From: Utricularia gibba
Taxonomy: Eukaryota; Plantae; Magnoliophyta
Direction: 5' to 3'
Assembly: GCA_002189035.1 (NCBI GenBank)
Contig: CM007990.1
Coordinates: 1,426,001-1,490,000 of the forward strand
Length of the DNA: 64,000 bases
Shown: one piece after another, positions 15,860 to 28,651 of the stretch
Layout of the letters: every line of letters begins with the position of its first letter
How positions within the stretch are numbered: position 1 is the stretch's first letter
The notes under the pieces: model-generated
The model's database searches: none
What the model was told of the DNA's origin: nothing
The model's input: the letters and a program-made list of their open reading frames with translations, nothing else
Position numbers and translations under genes: made by a program

Positions 15860-15954
15860 AAAATATCTAAACGGAAGAGCCCCACCTGGATGATCCACGT
15901 CACGTGGTGCATATATTTATCAATTTTTTCGTGTGAAAAATCTGAAGATATTTT
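15860..15954. promoter_or_regulatory. Two evening elements flanking a G-box in the FKF1 promoter
   Basis: AAAATATCT at 15860-15868, its reverse complement AGATATTTT at 15946-15954, and CACGTG at 15901-15906. They lie 0.6-0.7 kb upstream of the FKF1 ATG. Confidence 0.75.
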
Positions 15955-16777
15955 GGGGACAACGACAAAAATCTTGGCCAACATCTCTTTTAACGGCGCC
16001 CGGCAATGAATACTTTCGGGGTATTCTTGTACTTTCAAGTTTGGTTCAAACATGATATAATTATAATTTGACCATAATGGAATTATGATTAGATCCTGAA
16101 TTTATTGTTTCATATATTTTAAATGCATTTACAAAAATAATTTTATTTTAAATATATATTTATAAAAACAATGTATCAAATACATTTTCAATTTTATTAT
16201 ATGACACTTGTTTATTTAGACTCAAATAATTTAAATAAATCATTAATTAAAATACACTATCAATTATATTTTGTGGTAATTGATGTATATTCTAGTAAAA
16301 TATATTCTATAACATCAATATTACACTAAATGATGGAAACGCCACTATGAAATTACATAATAATTGTTCTCTAATTTTTATATTAATAATATTTAAAATA
16401 AATTAAAAGACAGATGGAGGGGATTATCTTGAAAAATAACCATCATCCATTTCAATCTCAAGTACTACATCAAAAAATTAAGAATCATTTAAAAAGTGGT
16501 CAATGTCAATCTTATACATTTAGGTAAAAAAGAAACACATATATTACCTATTTTTTTCACACAATATTTGACTCATGTACAAATTTCTAATTTATCCAAA
16601 AATCAATATCACACTTTAAACACTCGAGTAACCGTCATAATTAATATACCTAATAGTTGAAGGCAGAGTCAGTTAGTGTCAACCACCAAGAGTGAGGACT
16701 ACTTTTCCTAATTGCAAAAAGGACCAACCAAATACTATAATTTACAATTTACACGAGGAAGCGGCAGGGAGGAGATC

Positions 16778-19486
16778 CTAGAGTAAGGTCGGCACCGGAA
16801 GCATCTGCTCCGCCACGCTGGCCAATCCCTGCATCATCCGTACAAGCTCTACCTTGTCGTCGAGGTAATACTTTGCCTTGCTGGGTTTCCGGCCGACTGT
16901 GCAGGCGAATACTTCCGCACTCGGTGCTATGGAGGAGGTAGACACGGAGCTCGTGATAACCTCGAACATGTCTTCATCCGATCGGTCGTCCCCAATGCAG
17001 AGGACGAAGTCCGGCGATAAATTTCTCTCTTTCATGGAAGAGAGCAGCTGTTTCGCCACCAACCCCTTGCTCGCTCCCTGGTAATACATGCGAATTAGTG
17101 TCTATGAGGCGAAAGAGATGAAGCGTCTGGCTTTTGTGGTGCACCTGCGGTTTAACCTCGACGTAGTTCAGGCCACTCTTGACGGTAACAGGTTCGTTGG
17201 CCAGGACGCTTTCGAGATGATCGAGAAGCTCCTTTGCTTGGCACGATCCAAAATCGGGATCAGCATCCTGGTAATTCCATGCCATGGCAGTTTCCTTTGG
17301 CTCGATGACAGATCCATCAGTTGTTTCTGTGTAGAGCTGCATTACAGGCTCTACGATTTGCTTCCAGTTGCATTCCACCAACGGCCCCAATGCTGTCCAT
17401 TCATCGTCCCGCTTCATCCTGAAACGATCACCTTTCTGGGTTATGACAACCGCAAATGGAAGTGAAAAGGGATCTCAGATTTGATCATATACCGTGTAAA
17501 GTAGCCGTGCTCAGCTGCAATCCCAAGTTTATCACAACACAAGAACCAGTCAGAAAGCTCATCCCTGCGTCTACCGCTGACAATGAACACCGTGTTGTTC
17601 CTGTCTCTGCATAAGCTGTTGAGGATGTCGAGTGTGCTAAAGCTCGGTGTCTTGTCTATTGAACTTTGAGGCATCAAAGTTCCATCATAGTCCAGAAGAA
17701 TAGCTCTGGTTGTAGTCCTCTTGTAAGCTGAAACTATGTGCTCCATGGCCAATTTTCTGAAGTTCAGATCAAGGGCCACCACTCGGAAACGAAGGCCAAA
17801 CCCGATTCCCCAGCACCTACGCTGAGTATGATCCTTGCAGGTTCTTTCAAGATCATTCAAAAAACTACGACCCCAATAGGCAACATCATGTGTGCTAACA
17901 TACTTGTAATGCTTTTCATGTCTCAGCTGCTTCTCCGCATCCGGCATCATGAGGGCAGAATCCATGGCCTCTGCAACTGCATCGACATTCCAAGGATTTA
18001 CTCGCACTGCGCCGCTTAGAGACGGCGAACAGCCGATGAATTCTGAGACAACCAACATGCTCTTCTTTGGGGCACCTGGTTGTAGTCCCAAAACCATGTC
18101 CAGGTTTTCATTTCCTTGTCTGCTGATAATGTATTCATAGGGAATGAGATTCATCCCGTCCCTCACTGCAGTGACCAGACAGCATTCTGCAATGACATAA
18201 TACGCAACTCTCTCATAGAACTTTAGTGACTGATCTATCAAGATAACAGGATCATACCCTGGCTCCCCGAACATGTCATTGATTCTTTTAACATTTGCAT
18301 AAGTCTCCTCCTGCACTTCCTTCACATCTCTACCTTTTCCTCGAGCAGGATTTGCTATTTGTACTAAAACAACCTTCCCCTTATTCTCCGGGTGCTGCAA
18401 AAGAAGCTGTTCCATTGCTAGCAACTTCAAGCTGATACCTTTAAATATATCCATGTCATCTACTCCGAGCAACATTGTCTTCCCCTGAAACTGCATCTTA
18501 AGCTCTGCTACTTTATCCTCTGTCTCTCTGAGGCTCAAGACTGACTGAAGCTGGCTCATATGTATCCCCACAGGGAGGATCTTGATACTCACAGTTCGAC
18601 CATAATACTCGAGTCCTATGTATCCCCTTTTCGACTCATAAGAGAGACCTAACATCCGGCTGCAGCAGGAAAGGAAATGGCGAGCATAGTCGAAGGTATG
18701 GAAGCCAATCAAGTCTGAATTCAGCAATGCTCGCAAAAGCTCTTCCCTTATAGGCAACGTCTTGTAAATCTCTGAAGAAGGGAAGGGACTATGGAGGAAG
18801 AATCCTAGTTTCACTCTGTTGAACCTCTTCCTTAAGAACGTAGGCAGAACCATGAGATGATAGTCATGAATCCAGACATAATCGTCTTCAGGACTGATAA
18901 CCTCCATAATCCTATCAGCAAAAATCTTGTTCACAGATACGTAAGCCTGCCACAAGGACCGGTTAAACCGGCCACCGAGATCCGGCGACAAAGGCAACAT
19001 GTAATGAAACAATGGCCACAAATGCTGCTTGCAGAAGCCGTGGTAATACCTGGTAAACAAATCAGGAGGCAGAAATGTAGGCACACATTTGAATGTCTCC
19101 AGGAGAATCTGGGAAACCTCATCTTGATCATTTGGATGAATCTCTTCTTTCAAACAACCAATGTAAATGAACTCCACATCTTCATCTCCCAACCCATCTT
19201 TTAGCTGATGAAGAATTGAATTCTCATCCCAACTAAAACACCAACTTTTACTGTTGTATTTACTTCGATTCATCTTTATTGGCAACTCATTCGCCACTAC
19301 TATGATCCTCTCCCCATGAGCAGAAGAAGATGATGAAGGCTCAGAGCGAAGGTCCTCCTCGAGGTCAGAAAGTAAGCTGGGAACCGTCATAATACGGGGC
19401 ATTCTCCGGTTGATCCGGCCGAAAGAAGGCGCCGGAGCCTCACCAGAGACCAGCTCCAGTAGATTTGAATACGAACGCGACACCAT
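16778..19486 (-). CDS. TPS6: Class II trehalose-6-phosphate synthase/phosphatase-like protein (TPS6-like)
   Basis: Exons 19486-17493, 17418-17145, 17077-16778. N-terminus MVSRSYSNLLEL, TPS-domain motifs WIHDYHL, GFHTFDYARHF, LLGVDDMD, and TPP-domain motifs LLDYDGT, IGDDRSDEDMF. Confidence 0.95.
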
Positions 19487-20767
19487 TTAACTCCCCCAAC
19501 CCCAAACCAAATGCCCAGTTCCTAAAACCACTTCACTAAGAAATACAACGCAAACCCAGAACCCACCTGAAAAACAAGCAAAGTTAGCCTCTTAAGAGCA
19601 AAGGCCGCCATCCCACATATCAGAGTTGCTGATTTGATGAGATCCCCTCTCAAAGAGACCCATTTGACCAATCCTCTCTACACTGTCGTCCGGAATTCGG
19701 AAAACTGGGCCACCAAAGCAAGCTGCCAACAAAAGATAAAGAATGGGTTGGAAGGGCACACAGGAAACAACAAGATTAGATCTTTAGAGCGGCGTTTGAC
19801 CGGGCGGCATCCCAAAAATGAGGAGACCTTGAGACGGCGTTTGAAACAGCTTTGGATATTCCGCGACTGCGAGCTCCCCAAGTGGATAAACTTTGCAGAT
19901 AAACATTAAAATAATTGCGAGGGAACAGCTGGCCGAAGTGGTCCACGCCTTAACTTGAATTGTCCCCCTTCAAATTGAGCCTCCATAAATGCCAATAAAG
20001 AAAAAGCCAATAACGTGACTTCTGACTCTCTTTTCTTTTTTCTTTTTTCCCACAAGGCTGATTTTTTATTTTTTTTTCTTTAATTCAAAAGCCTGACCTA
20101 TAGACTCAGTTTGTTGAGAATTTATGACTGATGTGTAAAATATTCATTTATGCGGATGTATAAAAAAAATAGTATTTAATATTTTTAATACAATTTTTTT
20201 ATTTGCTATGAAACTTATTAATCATGTAATTTAAAATACAACATCGCTTTATTGATAACAATAATATTATCTATATTATCTCTTAATATATTTTTTTTGT
20301 ATATCACATTTGAGATTAGATAATAAAAAATGATGGCAGCAAAAAAAAGAAAATAAAAAGAACAATAAAATTATTTAATCATGAATAGTTTGATTTTATT
20401 TTATATAAACCTAATTATAAAATATGTTACCAAATATATATTAAACAAACACTTATTTTGGATAATTTACAATTTTTATTTTCGGATTATTTTTGGTTGG
20501 GAGTTGGGTTTTGTTATTCTCGCCAGGCCCATAAAACCGGCCCATGGCGTTGGGTTTCAAGTGCAACCGGTTATTTATCGAATATATGTTCTTTAAAATT
20601 TTTATTTTTATGTTCAAAATAATTTGAAATTTTCCATCTACTTTTGGAATAATACCTAAAAAAAGGTTACTTAAATAATTGCTTGGGAACAAAAACAAAC
20701 ACCAAAATTTGGTGTAGTGAGTTATGCAGCGTTGGAGTAGAAATTTACCATAAAAATTCAACGGTGA

Positions 20768-20784
20768 GATAAGGCGCCACGTGG
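20768..20784. promoter_or_regulatory. Adjacent I-box and G-box (light-responsive-type module) upstream of TPS6
   Basis: GATAAGG (20768-20774) directly followed by CCACGTGG (20777-20784) in a GC-richer island. Function is inferred from the motifs only. Confidence 0.4.
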
Positions 20785-23600
20785 ATGCCCATCACTCATA
20801 TCGAAGGGTGACAGCAAGATAACGACAGCCACGTTCCCGCCACACGCCGCTCCCTCACATCAAGTCAGCAGCAGCAATTCCCCTCAACCAAAACCAAATC
20901 AAAATCAAAATCATTACACATGAAATGAAAAGAATTAGAAAGATCACAATTTCGACGGTGCAGATCAAGCATAATTAAACATCGTATATTATTTTATTTT
21001 TAAATGTGATCATTGAGACAAAAAAAATAAAAATCAAACACGTCAATACGACAGTGATTCTTGCAAGAGGGACACAACAATTATTGGTTGACCCGGCCGG
21101 GTTTCTGTTGGAAACCCGGTTGAATCGGAGTTTTAAATTCCGAACATCATTCTTTTTTCAAACATTATTATTCTATTTTGATTGTCGTTTTAGTAGTAGG
21201 TACCATTTATGAAGCTAAACACAAAATAAAGGAATGTTTATTTAATTAATCTGGCGAGAAAATAACATATCATCAGTTGACACGTGCTGTGCTCCCACGG
21301 AAATGACAATAATCTCCCTATGCGGATCACCGCTAGCCGGGTTAACTAAACCGGTTCAGCCTTCTACAATCATTGTGGCATTGGATGATGTCCATGGGCA
21401 TGTCTCGTCATGGCAGAACAAGTTGGGAGGAGTCATGGATCGGATCGAGGGTGGCACGCACAATTGGGGGTGCAGGTGCACCTAACTTTCGTGGAGCATC
21501 ACATACAGCATTTCAATAACAATAATATTATTTATTTATTATTATTATTCATATTTTATGTAGAGAATTTTGAGAAGAGTTCATAGGATCCCTATGAGAC
21601 TTGGGTGTTAATTACTTGGAGGGGCATTTAGAAATTTCTATTAAAAATATTAAGTTTTAAAGTTTCATTTTGTTTTCATATGGACGGGGGAAGAATGATG
21701 AGTGATTTTGAGAGGTTTGTTTGGGTTGGGACCATGAGATTTGCCAAAAGTAGGGGTATCTTTACCAAATTATTGCACAACTAGGACCAAGTTTTTAAGG
21801 CAAAATTTACAATTATTAATAATTTTGATTCATTATTTTTGTGTAAAATGAAAGTATCGTATTCACAAGCGAAAATTTCACAATCGTTGTAAATTATAAA
21901 TTTTCTAAAAATTCAATTCAATTACAAACACTTACTCAAATAATGACGTATAATGAATTAATCATATTTTAAATTCTAATTACAATTAACGATAACATAT
22001 TGAAGCAATAAGCAAAATTAAATACAAATACTAAAATCAATATATTCACATTGATGCAAATAAAAATAATGATACTTTGGGATAACTCTAATCCTAATCT
22101 ACATTTTTTGTCTTTATAATTCAAAATAATTTAGATCTATCAGAATCATTTTTTAGATTTTCAATTAATGATATTTTTAGGTTTTTCATTTCATATTTAG
22201 ATTTGCCATGAAATAAACATAATTAGATATATTCGATTTTATCGTTTTATATCCAAGAATATCGACTTATTCTACATGTTCCAGTTTTTTAAACTATCTC
22301 TAAATTGGATGCTTAAGTTGTGTTTATTATTTATTTTATTTCTTAGATCTACCCCAGATATAGAAAAACAATAAAACAAGTTAAAATATAGGCTAAAAAT
22401 AGCAGTTCAATAACTATATCAACTTTATATATCATAAATCATCATTACAATTTAGTCACTCATATTGAAAGATAAAATTATGATATCATGGACTAAATCT
22501 AGAAAAATATGTAGATTGATATTCATAAGCAAAGCAATAAATTTAAAACATTTACAATACGTAAATAAAATAGAGTTCAGTTCTGAGTTGTCCATCAGCT
22601 ATTGTTCCTGTTGCGAAACAATAGCGGATTCAATGCTAGAGTTCTCCATCCAAATCTCGTTCCTTTTCCATCTAATTCGAAAATCCGTGCTTCATATTCG
22701 AAAAATACCATTTCCTTTTTTATTTTTTTCATTTTTCAAATTTTGTTACTATTTTGACATTCTATTGCTTTTAACCTGAATCTAAAGATTGCATATGATT
22801 GAGATAATATATTATGTCCCTTTTCTCAAATGTGGTGTCTCATCGATTATTTATTTTTTATATATATAAATTAGGTTTGATTTGTTCCAAAATAATGATG
22901 TTAAAGTTGTGAAACCTAAAAAATTAAGATGGACTAAATCGATAATCTAATCTATTTTTACACATAAAAATATAAATAATAACATAATTACTAAAATATT
23001 AAAAATCATAAATAAAACATCTATCTTATAATTAAATATATTAATTTTAAAACATAAAAATACTTTATTTGATGAATTCATCGCAACCCTCAGTGAAAGT
23101 AATAGTTAATATGATAAAATATATAGATTGAGAATTTTGTCACTACAATCTTCCATTTCTATTAAAATTAATTTAATCTCAAATAAATTAAGTTATCGTG
23201 CCGAAATAGAAGATGTTCAAAGTTCATAGTAGTCGATAAACAAGGGCAACGATGCTCGTGGTTCTAAACGGTAGTCAACAAAAAGGGCGACGCTGTTTCT
23301 AAGAAATCGGCGTTTCGATTTTGATTATACTAATTAATTTTATAGACCATTAATCTCGTTTAATTATCGACTGATCAAAGCGACAAATCCTTCATTAATC
23401 TACAAAGTATAGTCGTTTAATTATACTTCGGAGAGCATTTATACAGATATGGTTTTATTTTATTTTTTGAACATTTAAGGAATACGAAGGAGAAAATTTG
23501 GAATCTCTATTTAATGCGCGTGCCTGCGTTCAGGAAGCACACGCTCACAAGTCAAGGGGCACCTTCACGGGTTTGTGAGTTTAGCTTTCTTTTGTTATCA

Positions 23601-24842
23601 ATGGCGCCGGAATCTGAGCGTTCGCTGCTGGACCGCCACGAGGAGCGTCACTTCACCTCCAGTGAAATCGTGCGGGATATAATAATCGGCGTGTCCGATG
23701 GTCTCACGGTTCCATTTGCCCTCGCGGCGGGCCTATCCGGCGCGGATGTCACCTCATCGGTGATTTTAACCGCCGGACTTGCGGAGGTCGCAGCCGGTGC
23801 CATCTCCATGGGCCTCGGAGGGTAAACATTTCCAATTTCTTCTTCGATGAAAGTCGTTTCTCTCTGATTCTGAATCTGTTTTGAGGTTTCTGCAGTTATC
23901 TCGCTGCGAAGAGTGAAGCAGACCATTATATGAAGGAATTGAAAAGAGAAGAAGATGAGGTTAACGCTGTACCTGATACAGGTCCGTACTCTTCTCCCTA
24001 AATCGGTGTTTTCCTTGTGTGTTTGTGTGCACGGAAACAACACAATACACACACTCCTTGAAACACGCTGAATTCAAGTTCAAACGCGGTTGCAGAAGCT
24101 GCTGAGGTTGCCGAGATATTGTCAGAGTATGGGATTCAGCCCCATGAGTATACACCAGTGGTGAATTCCCTGAGGAAGAATCCCAAGGCGTGGGTGGATT
24201 TCATGATGAAGTAGGCCCTCTTCCCTTTCCCATACTCCTCATCTTTTACACATGCATGTGCTGTATCCAAGACGGGAAAAAGGCACTGTTGATGTTACTG
24301 GTCGCATCTGCATGTAGAGTTGCTGTCACATGCCTATAGAACCAAGAAAAGAGATGATAAAAACACATGGATATCTGTTTGCCCCCACCGTCCCATCCCT
24401 TTCTTCCTCCTCTACCTCTTGTCAGGAATCTTTCTTCCCCGTGTATAGCAACTGTGGCCCGCCCGCGCCCCGCACCCCCTCTGGTTTTGTTGCCATGTGA
24501 GTGTTGGGACTTTGGGCCCACTGACTTGAGCTTGTGGTGCGCAGGTTTGAACTGGGGCTGGAGAAGCCGGACCCGAACAGGGCCATCCAGAGCGCCGTGA
24601 CGATAGCCCTGGCCTACGTCACTGGAGGGATTTTCCCCTTGCTGCCGTACATGTTCATCACAAGCAGGATGAATGCTGTCTTCGCCTCTGTCGTGCTGAC
24701 GCTAGTAGCGCTGCTGGTATTCGGCTACGCGAAGGGCCATTTCACTGGGAACAGGCCCTTCATGAGCGCCCTGCAGACCACGATCATCGGAGCACTTGCC
24801 TCCGCCGCTGCTTTCGGCATGGCGAAGCTCGTGCAGAACTAA
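23601..24842 (+). CDS. VIT1: Vacuolar iron transporter (VIT1/CCC1 family)
   Basis: Exons 23601-23821, 23896-23980, 24096-24210, 24545-24842. Motifs IVRDIIIGVSDGLTVPFALAAGL, AISMGLGGYLAAKSEADHY, FMMKFELGLEKPDP. Confidence 0.96.
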
Positions 24843-25488
24843 AGAAAGCTCAAGATCTCGCCCTCTGTGTGCGTGTTGGGTGTGCAGTTGTTTCGCATGT
24901 TCGATTTTTGCTGCGTGTTCATCATCTCATTTACCTGTTCAAATGCTGTCGTCATGTTTCCACCCAGGGGCTCCATTCTCATTCTAAGATTATAATACAT
25001 GAGACAGATGATGTCGTAAGCAGTATAAACAAACTCTTAACAAGTAGCTACAAACATCTCCAACTTTGCATGAAATTGCCGCAGTTTCAAACCCAAAGTG
25101 TTGTTCATCACATTTGACAATGAATGCAGCACTGGTATAATATCGTGGAAAACGAAAACTATATGTAGGTAGACTTTGCGCAACCAGAGTTGAGAACCAT
25201 AATGAAACGGACGGATGCAAAATTATAGCAGCAGAATCACATGTAGTTCTTTCTAAATATCACCTGCCGTACCTGAAAACAGGCCCACTATGCTCTTGCT
25301 TGCAAGGAAGTGAAGAGAAGCTCCAATGAGGACTTGGAGCCCGGCCGTATCAGTAAGACGCCTTGAGCTTGCAAGCACAAGATGGGATAGTACGAGGCAA
25401 AATCCAAGCTCAGAATAATAAGGTTGCGCAAAGGACATGCATATTCTATACAGAAACGCCAAAATGCGGATATCAGGATGCTGATAAA

Positions 25489-27079
25489 CTAGAGTTCTTC
25501 CAATTTTTGAGTCAAGCCTTGCAGTTTCTCGTGGGTGCTGTCCATTTCATGATCATCTTTAGAAACCTCTTGTATTTGTGATTGGGTTGTTGCCGTAGTC
25601 TGAGTTTCGGAGTCATCAAGAGGTTCATCTTCGAATTCAATAGCTTGTTTATCTTCTGCAGATGGACTGGACAAAAGGAGCTGTTCTAGCATTCTGTAGT
25701 TTACGGATGCATCTGGAGTGAAAAGATTATCAGAGCTGTCAAGAGAGAGCTCTATATTTTCCAATGAAAGTGGCAGCCTGTCATCCCTTGGACTCATTAT
25801 GAAATCCAAATTGACCATAAGATCGTGCATTTCTTCTGATGAAAAATCGAAGTCCATTAGATCATCAACATGATTAGTGGGTTCCAGGCCTTTTGTGGGC
25901 AATGAGAATCCATCTCCTGGAGGCTGGTATGCAATTAGTGTACCATCTGTGGGAGCCAGTTCACAATCTTCAGTAACTTCACTAAGTTTGCTACTACCAT
26001 TTTCAGACAGACGCCAACTGTTTTCCATCGTCTGGAAAAACTGAACCATGAATTCAGGGCTTTGCATCACCATCACAATGAAAGAAAGCATCTGCTGCTG
26101 GTTCTTCTCCATACCATTTAATTGCTGTCTCAGGAGTATCAGTTTCTTCTGTGAAATTTCTTGATGCTGCCTCAGGTTTTTGAGTTCTTGCATGAGTGCA
26201 TCTTTACCTTGTTTCAAATTCTCAACTTCTTTCCACAATGCTGCATGCTTTTCTTCGTTATCAGAGGGCTGAGGAGGAGCAACATCTTCCTCTTTTACCG
26301 GGGTTTTCTGTGTGTGATTCTGAAGCTGCTTTCTTCTGCTAATGCTCTTCAGCAAATGCTTTTGTCCTTTAACAAATGCTTCATTCGCGAATTGCCAGCG
26401 ATCAGTATCAATTTTTCTGAAACCCTGGATCAAATCAAGTTCTACATTATTATCAATTTGCTAATGCTTAGGAAAACAGAAATCAAAAGAACTGATTCCG
26501 TGGACAAAGAAACTCAAGGATCAAATTCAAAACAAAGAATGCCGGAAGTAGCATAACCCCACCCAACAAAAACTCCCACATAACATATCCTGCTTTTTCC
26601 ATAAATGAGGGAATCGTTTCCAAGTGCAAATAGGTACTAGAACTCCGAAATCCATTTACTTGTTCTATCACTTCTACTATTAACATTCTACAAAGCGCAG
26701 AATGATGCACAAAAGAATCGTAAGCATTATTTGCCTACCTAGAATTTGTAGTACCACGCAATGAGGCTAAATAAACGACGCAATTAACGAATCACGGACA
26801 AGCATCAACAGCAGACAAATAGTCGATTCCAAAAGCCAAACAAAAAAGAAAACTGACACTTACATAAATATTAAGCTGGCGGACGAAACTGGCAAAGTTT
26901 CCATGCTTGAAATACTTGGGAAGCAGTTGGGCAGCAAATTTCGATTCATCCCATATGATAAAGCTATCATTCGAATCAGTCCACGAAATCAGATCATTAG
27001 TAGACTCATCGCTCACCATTTCATAGCATTTAACCAAGAAAGGAGGCAGCGAAACCCCATTCTCCAACGATCTCACCAT
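25489..27079 (-). CDS. HSFA8: Heat shock transcription factor class A (HSFA8-like)
   Basis: Exons 27079-26864 and 26424-25489, with the conserved DBD intron (FVRQLNIY|GFRKID). HR-A/B coiled coil with the class A insert ending [15 protein letters not shown]. Confidence 0.88.
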
Positions 27080-27711
27080 AATTCAACAAAAACCCTTGCG
27101 ATGTGTTAAGAAAACACCAGGAATTTCAAAGAAACACGAACAAATCAACAAAATCGAAATCGATTCCTATAAACAGTCGAAATAAGATGAAGACTAACGA
27201 TCTCGAATTACAAAAGCATCCAGGTTTGGAAGAGAAGACAAAACATTTATCGAATGAGGAACCAAAAAATTAAAAAAAAAAAAAAAAACAGGAGTCGTCG
27301 CGAAGGTCTTGGAAACTTGGTTTTGAAGAGTCGCCGCGCTGCGCACTCGGAGCCTCCCGGACTTTCGACGATTTTTTCCTTTTTCGTTAATCAAATAATT
27401 AACAAGAATTTCAAATAATAGATATAAATAATAATTATTTGAAAATAAATTATATCATTTAAAAACAAATTATCTATACAATGTTTTCATCTGCCATTCC
27501 TGAAAAATCATGCACTTGGTGCATGCAAGGTTCGTGATTTTTAAGTCAGTTGTTATATTTAATAAATTAATTTCATTTTACTTATGATTACATTAATTTA
27601 TATAATGTGTATATATTTTAAAATAATACATCTTTAATGCACCTTAAAATCGAATTATTGAAATCAACGAATCTCACGTACCCTTTGGTGCAATCTAGGT
27701 TTTCATGTATT

Positions 27712-27832
27712 TGGGCCGTATGCGATGTCATTACAGATTGGTTCGACGCTTGTTTGTAAGAGTGGGGCCCAAAAAGTTAATGAGCCCATAAAAGATGCGA
27801 TCATTTGGGCCTCAAAAGCAGCGATGAGCCCA
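27712..27832. promoter_or_regulatory. Cluster of five site II-like (TGGGCY) TCP motifs in the divergent HSFA8/TMK promoter
   Basis: TGGGCC 27712, GGCCCA 27766, AGCCCA 27783, TGGGCC 27806 and AGCCCA 27827, within 121 bp of otherwise AT-rich DNA. Confidence 0.5.
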
Positions 27833-28651
27833 AACTATAAATTTCATTAGAGGTTTTTGAGATGGACCTAATTAAGGTTAATACAATATTAATGTAATAA
27901 ATAACAAATTAAAATTATTTGATTATATTTCTTCAAAATCACTTCCAAAAACAATCCTTGTTTGGTTATTACTGTTTTTGATTTATAGAATCAATTCTAT
28001 TTCATTAAAATAATTCTAAATAGAAAATCTTTTATATTCAATTATTAATTTACCTTAAATTGTATTTATTCCTATAAATATTTTGGATTTGTTGGATGAC
28101 AAATTCTTTTAATTAAATTTTATAGTCTTTTATTTTTATCTAGAATAATTAAATCATATACATCTTTTATTGATTTTAGTAAATAAAGTTTATTAGATTT
28201 TAAAAAAGGGAATTTTGAATATTTAAGTGTCAATAAGTGTCACGTGACGGTAATTAATTTGATTAACCAAGCCGGGTGTCCGTAAGGCATTCGAAACTGG
28301 ACCTACCGACCACCGTCTTCTTCTCTCTCACCCAGACACCCACCTCACTCGTAGTCACCGCTTTTCCAAATTTCTTCTTTTTTGCTCCTTTTGCTCCGTG
28401 AAGTTCTCTTTTTTATTTTTTATTTTTCTGTTTTTTCGGCTTTCCATATGGCCTTCGAGATGCGGAAGAGGAAGAAATTCTCACTGGTGGTCAAGATTAC
28501 GGTTGTATACATGTAACCCGATTCAAAGAACGGAGGCTTCCTTTTATGGGTTGTATTGAACAGATTCCTCTGGATTTTTTCCACTTTTTTCAATGTTCAA
28601 CAGAGGTTAAGAGGTGAAGAAGCTGTTCTTCGCATCTGGGTCGTGACCAAA

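Noticed and set aside
19592-19881. Possible uORFs in the TPS6 leader (23-aa ATG ORF 19663-19592; 67-aa TTG ORF)
   Set aside because: A strong acceptor (TTGTTTTTCAG near 19567) suggests they lie in a leader intron. The longer one lacks an ATG, and there is no coding-like bias.
22570-22710. GC-richer island in AT-rich DNA (ORF 22465-22779)
   Set aside because: No frame on either strand gave a recognisable motif. Probably an old TE fragment, but I cannot support a call.
23514-23600. In-frame upstream ATG extending VIT1 by 29 aa
   Set aside because: Poor context (TTAATGC) and no resemblance to VIT1 N-termini. The ATG at 23601 fits better, though this cannot be excluded without TSS data.
28556-28651. 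32-codon N-terminal extension of TMK in the ORF track
   Set aside because: It starts at TTG. The ATG at 28652 directly precedes a normal signal peptide.
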